From contig CM041465.1 of NCBI GenBank assembly GCA_023213395.1, forward strand, positions 169,081,741 to 169,145,740: DNA of 64,000 nt, given 5' to 3'. The notes under the pieces are model-generated. The model was not told the DNA's origin. It searched no databases and saw only the letters and a list, made by a program, of their open reading frames with translations. This document shows, piece by piece, positions 13,301 through 26,935 of the stretch; the first letter of the stretch is position 1; each line of letters opens with the position of its first letter. Source of the stretch: Cycas panzhihuaensis. Its lineage: Eukaryota; Plantae; Cycadophyta. A program made the position numbers and the translations under genes.

Positions 13301-16300
13301 CCCTAACAAATAGATAATTATGGTGCTTTCCATACATACATACTTTACAAATACCTTTTGAATAAGGAACTTATAGAAAACCTACTACCATCTTTAACAT
13401 ATTCATAAGGTTAATATTGCTATGGTTAAGATGATTGAAATGCTCATGCCATAACTTGCTCATATCATTAGCACTAGTAATAAAAGCATAAGAATATTGT
13501 TAAGCTCTAAATTTCTCTAATACCTAAAAGTTATCTTACACTCCCCTAGTAACAACAATAGAGAAGTTCTTTGTAGGATCCTTAATTATGCATTTATTAT
13601 TATAAAGCTCAATTTTTATACCCTGCTTGTAGATTTTTTAAGTAGAAAGAGGATTGAGCTTTATCTTGGGTGCATAATAAACTCCATTGAACTTACCTCC
13701 TACAAGTGAAATGGAGCTAACACCTTTTATAGGCAAAACAAAAGCATCTCCAAGAATCATATTAATATTACTTATACTCACATCTAAGGCATTAATGTTT
13801 TTCTTCTAAAAGGCGTTGTATTTCTATGCACTAGAGTCTAGGATCTAATAGTCTTTCTGATTTGACTTAGTTGAGAATGTTAATACCCTAACACAATATG
13901 CCACTACATTATTACCCTTGTTATCTTGGTTAACCTTATGCTTATCCTGCTTCTTAAACTAATAATTTTTTTCTTTGTGACCCTCTTTCTTGTAGTGATT
14001 GCACTTACCCATAAACTTCTTCTCTTGAGATGTCTCATATATTTTTTTTATAGACTTACCCTCCTAAACAACATCCTTTCTCTCTGTCTTTATAACTAAA
14101 TTCTAATTTAAACTTAATCTAACAAGCATTCCATGATGTTTCAAGTTGGTTCCCTCTACTAGAATCAGGTTTTTATGTGACTCAAATTATTCACTCTCCA
14201 TAACTTCATCCCTAACATGGATAGTTTGAAAGGTTCTAAATGTAGTATGCAACTTTGACATAATAATGGCAAAAAGTAATGCATTATTAGTTGAGTTGAC
14301 TTCAATTCATCCAACTTATTCCTCAAATCAATGATCTTATTTAGGTAAGCACTAATGTTTTTCTCATCTTCTACCTTAGAATTAAAAAATTCCATCATAA
14401 AATTAAAACAACGATTAGTTTTTTTCTTTTCAAATATCTCACATAGCTTAGTCTAGATCTCGTGCAGAGTTTTAAGGTTATGGACTAAAGATCTTTAGTC
14501 TGGGGCCAAAGATAATTTAAGTACCCCTATAGCCATGACTTATTTTTTCTTAGCAGAAATACATTCTTTCTCATCTAAGGGAATAACTAATATTTCATAT
14601 TTCATAATACCTTAAAACTAGTTAACCACAAGGACTAACTCCATATTTTCCTTCCATTTGTTAAAGTTATTCCCATTAAAAGTAACTAGTGGAACTACCT
14701 TCTCCATGATACTCAACCAACAAATATAAGAACCCTAAACCAACCTCTAATAAGCTAAATTCCCAAAATAAATAGTTTGTTCAACCACCCAAAGTATAAA
14801 GGTTTTACCAATACTGATAACTATTTATAAATAGGCCAATATATTGTTGAATGCAAAGATGAATCTAAATACTTCAATTCATAAGTCTAATAATAATAAT
14901 CAAAACACCACTATATATATTAAATCTAATAAAGTGCCACTCTTGAATCAATATAATATGTAATGATTAATACGTTCACTCACCCAAACTACACATGCAT
15001 CTCACAAAGATCATATATGCCTCAAATATATGCCCATTTATAAAATATGCCTTTTATAAATATTAATAAATTAATATTCATATGCCTTAACTAACTATCT
15101 TACATAATAGAGTGTTCTAAAATATGACTCAAATAAGCGCATGCAGTAATATTCTCTTTAACAAAGAAAGCCCAATTAAAAATATCATATGCCACATACA
15201 TTTACATAATGTATAATCACCATCATATCAAAATAAAGCATATGAAATATATTTATACTACAATATGCCATATTACTTTGGATTTATATCAAAGTCCATT
15301 TAATATGTCAAATGTAATTCTAATAAATGATGATTCAATATATATCAAAGGTGACTTAATATCTATACAATTTTAATATAACAAAGGGAGAAACATATTA
15401 TGAAGAATACCTTTGGAGAAGCCATTAATACCATAGCAAAACTATGTGAACCTCCAACTTCATCTTCTATGATGAATAGTAACATTTATTTCCCTTTGCA
15501 ATCTCTATGACTGTTGACCTACCATTACAATCAAGCTCTAAATGATGACATTGACCACAACTTCAACTCTTCTCAACTATGGCAATAATATATGATGTAT
15601 TTCCCATTGCTTTTTTCTATCAACTCTAGTTGTGATTACCATGGTTATTATTTCTCCTTTGGGTGACTGCAAACACTAAAGATGAGATGCACCTAATGTA
15701 CACTTGTATCTATAACACCTCTTTTCACTAGTGGCTTCTTTTATAATGAATACATAGCTACTATTACTACTCCAATGGCTATGATCTATAAAATAGGGTA
15801 TAACATCTTAACTACAACCTCTCTATGCTTATGTCTAATAATTTTGAATAGAATTATAGCTATGAAATTCTCATCATATATGATATTTGTCCACACTACT
15901 ACTTTAACAATGTCTATAGATTTGGCGGCCTTGTGTGGTTATCCATAAGCCTTATGTATGCCTACATATCCTTTGCTATCAATGGAGACTATAACTACAG
16001 AGATGGGAGACATCAATTGATTGTACTCATTTAACAACCTCCTACACTCCTATACACACTTATGAGGACTAATGAAAACATACAAAAATAGATGACAAAA
16101 GGCATTTGGAGTTTTTACTTAATCATTGCAACATGTGGTTGTTCTTTTGACTATTATAGAAATCAATTCTTAATAAAGGGTTGAGCTAGTATAACCTAGC
16201 AACCTAAGAAAACTCTAACTAGCATATGCCTACTTGTGCATGACTATTTTCTCTAATACCATGTTAGAAATCACAAACAAATAGATCATTTATGTATATA

Positions 16301-16583
16301 ATAATTATGAAATAAACAAGCACACAACATAGAATTGATGTAGGAAATGTTGCAATAAAAACCCACCATAGAAAATATAGATTACATTGATACAAAATTA
16401 TAAAGTATAATTGACTATGTATCCCTTTAAAAAGATCTATAAGTGCCTCACATATTATATATATATTACATTTGTTAGCTCACAATAATAAATTACATCA
16501 CATTATTACATCACCATAATATTCACACATATAATTCCATATTAACATTAGTTAGGTTAAGTGGTTAAGATGGCACTCTAACA
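10359..16583 (-). mobile_element. Full-length degenerate Ty1/copia retrotransposon
   Basis: 322-bp LTRs 10359-10680 / 16262-16583; TSD AAAGG; PBS ctctaatacca 16251-16261; PPT tccccct at 10681; gag-PR-INT-RT-RH order on minus. Confidence 0.95.
10765..14707 (-). pseudogene. Copia gag-pol remnant
   Basis: Starts MEKVVPLVTFNGNNFNKWKENMELVL; contains CNHYKKEGH zinc knuckle, YTPQQNGVV integrase motif, KSLYGLK RT motif and KHIEI / DIFTKAL RNase H motifs; many stops. Confidence 0.9.
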
Positions 16584-16599
16584 AAAGGGAAAACATTTT

Positions 16600-17110
16600 C
16601 TATCATAAAGGGACTCTAAACTATTTTTGTTGGAATGTCTATGATGGATGTCTTGTGAAGCTACCTTGACCAAAAGAACCTACTTATAAAAGCCCTAGGG
16701 TATAAAGAAGTACCTATCCATAACATTCAAGTCAAATCCTTAGGCCAATTAATCATCACCTTTGATTTTAAAGACTTACCTCCATAAAAAAAGAGGGAAT
16801 ATCATTAGTATTCTCCATTTGCTATTATAGTTGAAACCCTAGACTTTACCCTAAATATGTATGTCATTAATAATAGATCTTCAGTTAATGCCATACAAAC
16901 TTGAATGCTTGAAGAATTAGGCATTGGGCCCTCAAACCTTTCCTTTAGAAGTTCCAAGGATATGATGGGAACAAAAGAGCCTCATTAGGATTGTGTTTAT
17001 GGACATTAGTGTAGATTATAACCTCTTTTTGGATAAACCTTAGTTGGACCAAATGAAGTTAGTTTTCCCATCCATATGGAGGTAATTAAAGTTCATCCAC
17101 AATAGAAGAT
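16600..17110 (+). pseudogene. Aspartic protease remnant of outer Tat-like element
   Basis: VGMSMMDVL (shared with 39548-39739), VINNRSSVN (decayed IDNGSSVN), DYNLFLDKP*LDQM. Confidence 0.7.
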
Positions 17111-18479
17111 TATATAGTGTGATATGTTTCTCCCTCTCACTCCTTCTAGTCAATTATTTAAGTTATCTTTGGTGATGAAGCCAAGGAAGCAATTAAGTAA
17201 GAACCACAGCTTGACTCCCCCTTTTAAGACCTAAGCTCACAATTTGACTAAGAGCCCCCTTCCTTAAGACCTAATATAGTCTTCTTTACCCTAATTAGTA
17301 TGGGTAGCTATGCATACCTTATAATCCTTAATGACCCTAAATTTGACCATGATAATAAAGAGCCCCCTACACATTAGGCGGCCAGGATCTCCCATACCTA
17401 AGGAGTCACATCACCTAAAGATGCTCCCCCTCATTTTATGGTCCTTTGAGAGACCCTCTTCTAGTTAAGAGCCTAATGGCCTTAATGAAAAATATTAAAG
17501 GCCTTGCTTTCTTCTCCCCAACCCATAAGATCTTCCCCTTTCAATAGGTTTGGCTCAGATGTCATAACTAATGCCTCATATATTCTCATCACCCCAATTT
17601 CTCAAAGATAGAGATCAAGCCACCATGTATGATTTCATCCTCTTATTAGCTCATCCCAATAACTTTTCCTCATTTAACTAACCAATAGGAAATCAATTAC
17701 CTTAATGATAAACTTAGGATCTATGAGACCTAAAGTAGTCAAGCCCTTGACCATTGTAATTTGGTCAACACCCATAAGTTATACTATGTATGCCTTGGAC
17801 TCCATGCCCATCATATTACCTCAATCCTTGTTTGTATTCAGGACAACCTCCCCTTAGGGAGGGACATCTTTCAATCTCTACCCCCTAAGAACCATTAACA
17901 TGATTTTCCAAGTTTGGGACTATTCTAACCCAATGGTCATGCAACTCGATCCTTGCCAAATTTCCCCAACCTATGTCTCTCATATTAATTATAAATCCAT
18001 ATTATTACATGATGAGTCCATCATCTATAAGTTCCCTCCATTATCCACCTATAACATGCACCATGACCCTTCTGTCTTTGATATTAAGCTTGAGACTACA
18101 TAGCCTCCCCTCACCTAAGCCTAACCTCCCATAAAGTATGTCTACATTTATTATTAATGCCAAGATTCCCCTGCCTCTTAACATTGCTTATGTTTCTTTG
18201 ATTAATAGGTTGACTAATTCATTGACCCTCCTCTTAAAGCCCAAAATTATATTACTTGGGAGAAGATCATTAACAATGTTGATTACTTTTAGAATGTCAA
18301 AGTGCTCCTAGAGCATCTCATAGGCATCTGTCTCTAACCTCATTTTGAATCACCATGGGATGGGGTTTTATAAGTACCTTATAATTGGCTCTAACTTGGC
18401 TAAGTCTACCATGAAAAAGGATATGCCTAACCTACCCACAAAGTAAGATCCTCCTAATTTTGGGGAAGGGAATGTCCTC

Positions 18480-19900
18480 CTCTTAGGAGAAACCATTAAC
18501 ATCACCATAAGTCTAAGAAAGGTCATCAAAATGAGGTCAACATTGAGTACACCTAACTCTTCTAAGACTTCTCAGATATCTTTACATAGTATTATGTTGA
18601 TATAAAAGGAATAGCCCCTAAGGTCATCACACATAATCTCACTACCATCCCTGAAGCCAAGATTATGAGGTAGAAGTAATGCCATATCCATCCCAAACTC
18701 TTAGTCATCATCAAGATGGAGGTTTAGAATCTCCACAATGTTGGCCTCATTAAGTCAATCAACTACCTATGATGGGTGTCCAACATTATCCCTATAGTGA
18801 AAAAGAATGGGGTAATTCATATTTATATACACTTTTATGATATCAATAATGCCTTCCTTAAAGATAACTTCCCTATGCCTTACATTAATTAGGTCATAGA
18901 TAGGATGATGGGGATCAAGGTTATGACCTTGATAGATAATGTTTTAGGATATAACCAAATTAAAATCTCAAGGTAACACCATCATAAAATAACTTTTACA
19001 ACTTTGTGGGGTACTTTTTCTTATGCATCCATACCGTTCAACCTTAAAAATATAGGTGCCACCTACCAATGGGCCATGCATTTCATCTTCTATGACTATA
19101 TCAATAAGAGCCTTAAAGTATATATGAATGAATTGCTTGACTTTTATCACAAAAGGAAGTACCACACTATTGCCCTACAAAAAATCTTCTAGAGGTATAG
19201 AAAATACCATATCATATTAAATGTATATGAATGCATATTCATGGTCACAATACAAAAACTCCTAGGGTTCATTATATGCAAGCAAGGCATCAAAGTCAAC
19301 CTTGAAAAGATGAAAGTGATCCTAGATATGCCCCCTCCTTATACTCAAGCCCAAATTAGATCTTTCATTAGGAGTTTTAGTTTCCTTTAATGCATTTTGG
19401 TGATTTTCTCCATGAATGCTCAACCCTTTACCAACCTCCTTACAAAGGGGGTCCCCATCATTTAGAAATTTATTGCATAAGTCACCTTTAAAGAGCTTAA
19501 GCAAGACCTAGTCTCTACCACTATCTTAGCTCCTCCATGATTTGACAAGCCTTTTATTTTATATATATCATCTATAAGCAAGTTAATCAAAACTATGTAT
19601 TAGAGTAGATTGTTTATTTTATTAGACACACACTTGTAGCAATAGAGCTTGATTATACCCCTATAGAAAAGGGGTATCTCACCCTTATATATACCATCAA
19701 GAAATTGAGGCATTAGCTCCTTGGTAACATGATGAAAATCATTGTCCAATCTAAACCTCTTCAGTTCTTATTGACAAAATCTAATCTGAGGGTGTAAGAA
19801 AGGAAGTAAGTTATCCTCCTATAGGATTATGATCTCTAAATCATTAATAAAAAATCCAAGAAGGGGATGATCATAGAAAATAAGTTGGATTATATACCCC
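18480..19900 (+). pseudogene. RT and RNase H remnants of outer Tat-like element
   Basis: KDNFPMPYI, GYNQIKI, PFNLKNIGATYQWAM, ELDYTPIEK..L...IKKLRH motifs typical of Tat/Athila pol. Confidence 0.9.
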
Positions 19901-19989
19901 TCCCAAACCCAACCAATGCTCTTATGGATAATTCACTACTAAATAAAGCCATTATGGCCCTAAGGTAGTCTAAATGATAAAGACCTATT

Positions 19990-20375
19990 AATAACAAGTG
20001 GTACAGTAACATTGTGTTCTACTTATCCCATTAAGCTTATCTTGATGATGTAAGCAATAAGGTGAAGCAATGTATAAGGGCTAGGACTCTATAATATTTC
20101 CTTATTTGTGATACATTATAAAAGAGGTCATAAGAAGCGGTCCTTATTAAGTACATTAACCTTAAGGAAATATATTAGATTCTCTATAACTACCATGATA
20201 ACATTTATAGAGAATACTTTGGCAGGTAGCCAATAACCTAAAGAGTTTTTTGAATGGATTTATTTTGGCCCACACTATTTAAGGATCCCCATGTTTATAT
20301 ACAGAAGTGTAATAAATGCTAAGAGAACTTTAGCATTATCCATCAACATTCTAAGGCTCTACATGGCATCATGTT
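19990..20375 (+). pseudogene. Integrase N-terminal (zinc-binding) remnant, cut by the insertion at 20376
   Basis: KWYSNIVFYL...YHD...FWPTLFKD; continues at 45561 across TSD ATGTT/ATGTC. Confidence 0.8.
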
Positions 20376-20879
20376 TGTAAGATACATGTGCTTGATATAT
20401 GAAAACCAAAATGATCAACCAAAAAGACCAATGCATAGATCTATTAACGTATTGATGTATTAATAGTCAAGTGTGTATGTATACAACAATATAAAATCAT
20501 TACATGAGAGTTTTTAAGAATACGAAGTGTTGATCATGTAAGATGGCACATGGCACCTTTTATGATCAACTTACAAAGATGTTATGATGAGGTGTAAGTA
20601 AAAGAGACCCCACAGCTATAGCTCAGAACCTCAAGCTGTAAATAACCCTAACTATAATACTAATATCTTTATGATGTACTAACATAATATCATCACTTTA
20701 AACATTAAACATATAACCCATAAATTAATCATTATATTCCAACATCAACCCATAATATTTAATTTCTTATAATAAAAAAATACATAATCTCTATTCTCTT
20801 GATATTCTTCTGATCAGGATGAATCTCAACCACAAATTAAAGTGAAAAATGGGTGTAAGAACTAGCCATAAAGTAGTTA

Positions 20880-21300
20880 ATCCTAATCTATGCATGTCTT
20901 GAAATTATTATAATCCTTATAACAACAATTTACTCAGACACTTTATCAAATACATTTTGATATCTTCTGTACTACCTCATTTGATGTAAATATCCATGAA
21001 GGCTATTTTCCACAAAGTCTACATGCTCTAGAGATTCCAAATTAGCACACATGCCAGGAGAATATAGGCAAAGGTGACCTCATTAGGTAAAACTCCTGTT
21101 TTCTATAAATGCCAACACAATCTCAAGTGAAGGAAGTGGCATATATGTCATCTTCTACATCAAAAAAGAAAAAAGAAAACACCTCTACAAATGGAGGTGA
21201 GAAGGTCAAATTACTTTTGCCTCTAAACATGATATCTATTCATCACATCTAACATAAGCTGAGATAATTGTAGTACAAGAAATTGCATTTGCTCTTAAGG
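20880..21300 (-). pseudogene. PLS-class PPR gene fragments
   Basis: LRLCWHL*KTGVLPNEVTFAYILLAC/ANLESLEH, then FMDIYIK*GSTED..NVFDKVSE and NAISCTTIISAYVRC; frameshifted and internally deleted. Confidence 0.85.
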
Positions 21301-21444
21301 TTTTAATAAGGATACACACATCTTCGTCCCTATAAATATGTCAAACATAGTTATTGTAATGGTGGGAATAACTACAATACTTCCAATGGCTAGTTTAACA
21401 ATCTGATTTCCAAAATTTGAGAATTCAAGCCTATGAATTTGGCC

Positions 21445-21840
21445 CTAGAGACTGTTAAGTGTTATGCTACTATATTTCTCATTTTGCTTAACTATGCTAG
21501 TGGACTTATCAATTGCAAGGCTAACTATAAGGTAGAAACATCTTAATACAACTTCAAATGATTGAGAAATAACATCCAAATGTCTCCTTTCAAAGTAATC
21601 AGTGATAACTTTAGGGCTATAATACAAAGGAAGCGTGTCTCCATTTGCTAAACTCCTTGTTCTTTTACTATTAATCAATGTTAATATTAGAATAATAAAA
21701 CCAACCAAGATTGCAACCATAATATTAGCTAATGGAACTAACATTGTACTAAATTTTCTTATATTGAAGAAGTTGGGCCTTAAGGACAAGTTTAATAGAG
21801 GAGAAGAAGGGAATTGACAATGATTAGGCCATAGATTCAA
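21445..21840 (-). pseudogene. N-terminal fragment of an ABC1/UbiB atypical kinase (plastid ABC1K-like)
   Basis: Transit-like N-terminus, then LPLYYSPKVITDYFERRHLDVISQSFEVV...SLAIDK...VKQNEK, resembling the segment before LGP..IKLGQ in plant ABC1Ks. The kinase core is absent. Confidence 0.65.
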
Positions 21841-22355
21841 AGAGAAATTACTAAGATTTAGAAAAGAAAAAAAAATATCAAGGGGGAGCTGAGGCCATGA
21901 CCTGCATAAACTTACTTTCTATCAAACCTTGAAAGTTGCCCTTCCTATTGTCATTACTTACTACACTTGGTTGACATCCATTATAAATACCATAGATAGT
22001 TTTAAAATCAAATATTTTACAAAATATAACTTATTTATACTCAATTTGGAAAAAGAAAATCCAAGTAGATAATGGGAAGATGGATAACTTTTCTTTCAGA
22101 GAGCTTAAAATAGATTATTAGTGTAGATTCTTATGATCTATGTCAAAGTGGAGGAGGGTCCCATGATTAGCATTTAGGTATAGGAGAAGAATTTAAAGGT
22201 GAAATTAGACCAATAGGATGTAGTCTTGTTATTAGGTCATCCCCTTTGTTGATATTATTAGAACTCCCCATTACTATTGTGAACATTCATAGAGCACGTC
22301 ACATCATCTCCCACATAAGTTGGACATAGGTATTAATTGGTAGCAACCAATATGA

Positions 22356-22448
22356 ATTGGTATCAACTAGCACAATCTCATCATCCTTATCCCATGCATT
22401 AAGATAATGGATGGGATTGAAACCATGGACCTTGAACCATTTTAATTC
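22356..22448 (-). pseudogene. Carotenoid cleavage dioxygenase (CCD4/NCED family) fragment
   Basis: ELKWFKVHGFNPIHYLNAWDKDDEIVLVDTN; compare CCD4 EMRWFEVPGFNIIHAINAWDED...VVLIAPN. Confidence 0.75.
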
Positions 22449-22642
22449 TCACAAGTTGTGTAAGTTGTTTGTTGGTTAAAACAAGATATAGCTACTAACA
22501 AGCAACATTTAGACCTAAACAACAATGATATCAATTATATGAACTAACTAATTTCCATATATAATCAAATATAAGTTAGGTCCTTTGACTAAGAATGAGC
22601 CTAATGCTTGGTCCAATTGATCAAATATGACAAGTACACATT

Positions 22643-23340
22643 TCAAACCCACCATGGGTCTTCTCTAGTTCTAAAATTGATTCCTACCCAAGGAACAAGA
22701 ATAACTTTGTCATCCACAACATTTGCATCAGCTAGGGCTAAAGACAAACGTTCTCTCCCATAGACAACCATGCCCTACTAATTATACTAAGATCTATGGT
22801 AGGGGAAAATAAACTTGTTTTCAACCAAATTCCATGACACCATGCAACCAAGGTGAGTGCATACAACATTAATGCCATATATGGCTAAGGTCCCATCGTT
22901 CTCCATAACAAGATAACTAGGGTCTCCCTTAGTGCTTAGATGAGTGTTATGTCCCTAAGATGATGGGATTTGAGGCATACCTTAGCCATGACATTGTTCC
23001 CTATTGTATCCTTCGCAGTAATTCCACCCTTGACACTTCCAGATATGGGAGGGACAAAGAATGAGGCATATAGAATCACTATCCTAGTAGTGGGTAATGA
23101 AATAACACCTAATAGAAGTAAATTCATGAGTTTTCCTTTTCCTAAATTAGGCACCTAGTCTATAGAAATATTTATAGCCTAATAAACCATTTGGGTTAAG
23201 TGCTCCTTCTTTGAACCCACATGATTCTTTAGTGGTACAAAGGTTAGTACTTAAGAAGAAGTGAAAATCCAATTGTTGCATGAAGATATTTAAGAATTTA
23301 TAGATGTAGAAGTATTTGTGAATATGGATACAATTGTCAT
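22643..23340 (-). pseudogene. PETC: Processed (intronless) full-length cytochrome b6f Rieske iron-sulfur subunit pseudogene
   Basis: ATG at 23340, transit peptide, VPNLGKGKLMNLLLLGVISLP...AKDTIGN...GDPSYLV...[32 protein letters not shown]...LSLALA...VPWV..NFRTREDPWWV* (stop 22643-22645); one frameshift and several TAG/TAA. Confidence 0.97.
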
Positions 23341-23843
23341 TTCTAAAACCAAATAAGAAATGCTTGTGTAGTTAATGGCCCATTTCAAAAACTAGGCTCT
23401 AGAATCTCAATCAAATAACATTCACACATCCCAGGTTTTAGAAGTGCCATCTTGAGAAGGATGAGGATGGTTGCCTTTTAAAACATGTTGTGACACCAAA
23501 TGTAAGATGCACATACTTGATATACAAAAACCAAAATGATCAATCACAAAGGTCAATATATAGATCTATTAATGTATTGATATATTAATAATTGAGTGTA
23601 TACATGTATGATAATATAAAACTAACACGTGAGAGTTTTTAGGAATATGAAGGGTTGATCATGCAAGGTGACATATGGCACCTTGTATGATCAACTTATA
23701 AAGAAATTATAATGAGATGTGAGCAAAAGAGGCCCCACATGTATAGGCTCATAACCTCAAGTTATAACTAACCCCAACTATGATAGCAATACCCTTATAA
23801 TGCACTAACATAATGTCATCACTTTAAACATTCAATATACAAC

Positions 23844-26800
23844 TGGAATCACACGTCTGGGGGGGTTGCTAAACTTGAATAAGATCAAGATGAATAACAA
23901 ATGGTTTTGGTGGCTATGGACCTACGATGGAAAGTGAAAGAAATCACTCACAAAGGGCGTCTGTGCATCGAAACATAGGTTCAAATCCCGCAAATGGTAC
24001 ACAAACTCCTTTAAAGCAACTTTTCCTTGATTTGGAGTGGTGGATAGATGAGGGATCTCCTCAGTTTCCTGAGTAACCTCAAAAGGGTCCCTCCCATCCT
24101 TGGATGGTCGAAGGAGGGAGGAAAGAGGCGAGGGAAGGGCTACTCATGTGAAGGGGTTATGAAGGGGATGACCTTTAGCAGGAAAAGAGGAAGAACACAC
24201 ACATAATCCTAAAGCAGCTTGCAATATAAGTGGTCAAGTTATTGGTTAGTTTCATAACTTAAAGGCCAAACTAGGGAGGTCAATCTTAGAGAAAGAGGAA
24301 AGGTAAAGCAAATGACCTTAAGAGGGGGTGCTCTCAAGGTGCCAAACCTAAGGAGGATTCTAGGAGTGGCGAGTCAACAAAAAGGGTTATCTTTATATTT
24401 GTCTTCATTCTGTATACAGTAAAGAAATGTAAAGTGAGAGTGTGGTATTTATGGTAATGGAATATGTTTATGTTTAAAAGAAATTACTATTTAAGGAAAT
24501 AAAGTAATGCAAATCTATTTCTCTCATTTACTTACATGTGCAACCTCACTCTCTTTATTTTTTTAAATGTAAAAAGGGAAGATCATTGCTATATGACACA
24601 AAGCTCATCCAAAGAGTGTAAAGTTCCTAGGTGACGATGTAATAGAATTAGGAGAGGCATGTGCATACAAGTGCCTAGATTTCCCCTATATGAGCTTTGC
24701 AAAAAATAAACAATCGAAGTGCAAGAGACCCAAACCAATCTTTTTCTTTCTTTCTTTCCCAAATGATATTCAAAAGAAGGGAAACAAGTAAGGGAAAAAG
24801 ACTAGGAAAAGAGAGGCACACCTGGAATATGATGGCCAAAGTAGTGCTACCCTCACCATGCTTGCGACCCTCACCTGTCCCCTTACTGTGGATGGCACAA
24901 CGGAAGGAGTTTTGGCGAAGAAGGGGGCTTCCTTACATTCCCTTGAAATCAAAAGGAAATGTAGTGCAAGGGAATGTAAAGACTATTGCAACTCCACCTT
25001 ACAATGTTAAGAGTGAAAGAAAGTGATTATTGAAAGAAGAAGAACGTACCTAAGATGAAGTTCCATTTTTCTCCAAGTGCAAAAGAAAACTTGCAACCAA
25101 ACGAGGTTTTCCCTTTCCTAAGGGGCACCAAACATATGTGGAAGAAATATACAAGATGGAAAGTGATAAGATATGACTATCTTAATTAAAATGAATATAT
25201 TCAATATCAATATCACTCCTTATGCTTCATATGCTATTTAGTATGCAATATGGGAAAGGGGGGAAAAAGAAAAAGGAAGGGTGGTTAGCCTTGGAATGGC
25301 TAACCCTCCAAATCAGAGGTGTTCCACACTACCCCCTAAGTACCAAGATGAAGGGGGAAACAAATGCAAGAAAGCTTCTAAGAAGACACGAAGATTATGA
25401 GAAATATTGTAAAGGTTGTCGATGTTACAAAAGTTGCATCATGCAACTTTTGCAAGTTTTACAAAGTTTGAAACTAAGAGACAAAAGAATATGGAGTGGG
25501 GGATGAAACCCCACCTATGTAGGATCTACTATGCTGGTTACAAGCATAGCAATGGCCTGCCTACACTGCCACTAGTAATGATCTACTCCTTAATGGCCCT
25601 TTTGGAACTTAAGGGACATATGGAGAAGGGAGAGGTGAGGAGAGAAGGGGGTTGCCCTTGAGGAGAAGGCACGTTGGGTGCAAGACCCTACCTTTAGCTC
25701 CTTTCACTCTACATGGATACCTTTGCCTTGTTGCCTCCTTGAAGAAGCCAGGAAGGGGCCAAAAGAAGAAAAAGACAAGCAAAAAATGGAAGGGTTCACC
25801 CCCCATTGCAATAGAAAGGAAGGGAAAATTACTTCAAGAAAGTATTAACAAATAGTATTTATGTTGCTTAATGAAAAGAAAGCAAAAGATTGACTTGGAG
25901 ATGCCTTCTATAAGCGAATATGAGGTAGATCTACCTATGAAGTTGGATGGAGAAAATAAAACCTATGGGGTTTGTAAGAGAAAACCCCAATGATGTAGCA
26001 AGTAGGAATAAAACTGGAGTAAGAAAGATAGTTGGAACTTGATGGAGCATTTGGAGCATGGTCTTCTCTTGTCTGGCCACATTGTAGGCCTATAACCATG
26101 AGTCTGGGGCTACAGGAGGTTGGTAACTAGTTGAGAAGCAAGTGTAGTAGAGTTGATCCTATTTGCAGGGCATTTTTAGAGAAGATAGTGGAAAGAATAA
26201 GTGAGAGAGAGATGAAATGAGGGTGTTTTTGGGTTTTTAAACCCAACCCTAGCTCAATCAAAGAAGTCTTTACCACATGGCAATTTCATAATAAATGTGA
26301 AATTAGCAATGGAAAATAAAAAAGTGACTATGGGACAGTCACCCTGTGGTAAACTTAGTGGTACCATGAAGTTTATAGAAGTATCACAAAGTTTAACACA
26401 GTGCGGTTGAAACAAAGGAAAAAAGAGTAAATGGGAGCCTGAAAGCTCTAAAAAGAGGGGAAACTCAAGCCCAAGGAGGTATGATACTATATCCAAGTGG
26501 AAAAAGGGGTTATGGAGCCTAGAGAGGCCACAATGAGTAAATAATAAAGGTGAAAGGTTCCCCAACAAGGACAACAAGTGGATGCAGGGTGACAACTAAG
26601 CCTAAGCAGGGTGCTAGGGGTCATGTTGTGCCAGTGAGTGATGAAATGTGGGCTATGGAAGCCAATCAGTACTTGGGAATGTCATGGAGACATGGAGGAG
26701 GGTTGTAGAGCACCATGGGATATGTATCTCTAGATTGTCATAGGCTAAAAAGTGTTGGGATGCAATATGGTCAAGCAATAGATGCATAGTGGTCATGCAG

Positions 26801-26935
26801 TAAATCAATCATCATGCAATGTCGGTGAAGTGCTTTAATCTATTTTTTATGGAACTAATAAAAGTAAGTGATAGAAGCATACCTATACTTACCTGAGTTG
26901 ACTCACTCATGTCCATTCCCAGTAGTTAGGAAACA
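23844..26935 (-). repeat. 3' LTR of inner Tat-like element
   Basis: Colinear with 42384-45523, visibly diverged mostly by transitions. Confidence 0.93.

Noticed and set aside
15400-16020. Semi-open plus frame in the long copia leader
   Set aside because: No recognisable motif; cannot be distinguished from chance.
22643-23340. Plastid DNA insertion (NUPT) as the source of the Rieske sequence
   Set aside because: PETC is nuclear-encoded in land plants, and this copy includes a transit-peptide region.
24697-26595. Short ORFs that recur at 42.4-45.2 kb
   Set aside because: They are by-products of the LTR duplication; frames are not conserved between copies and there are no recognisable domains.
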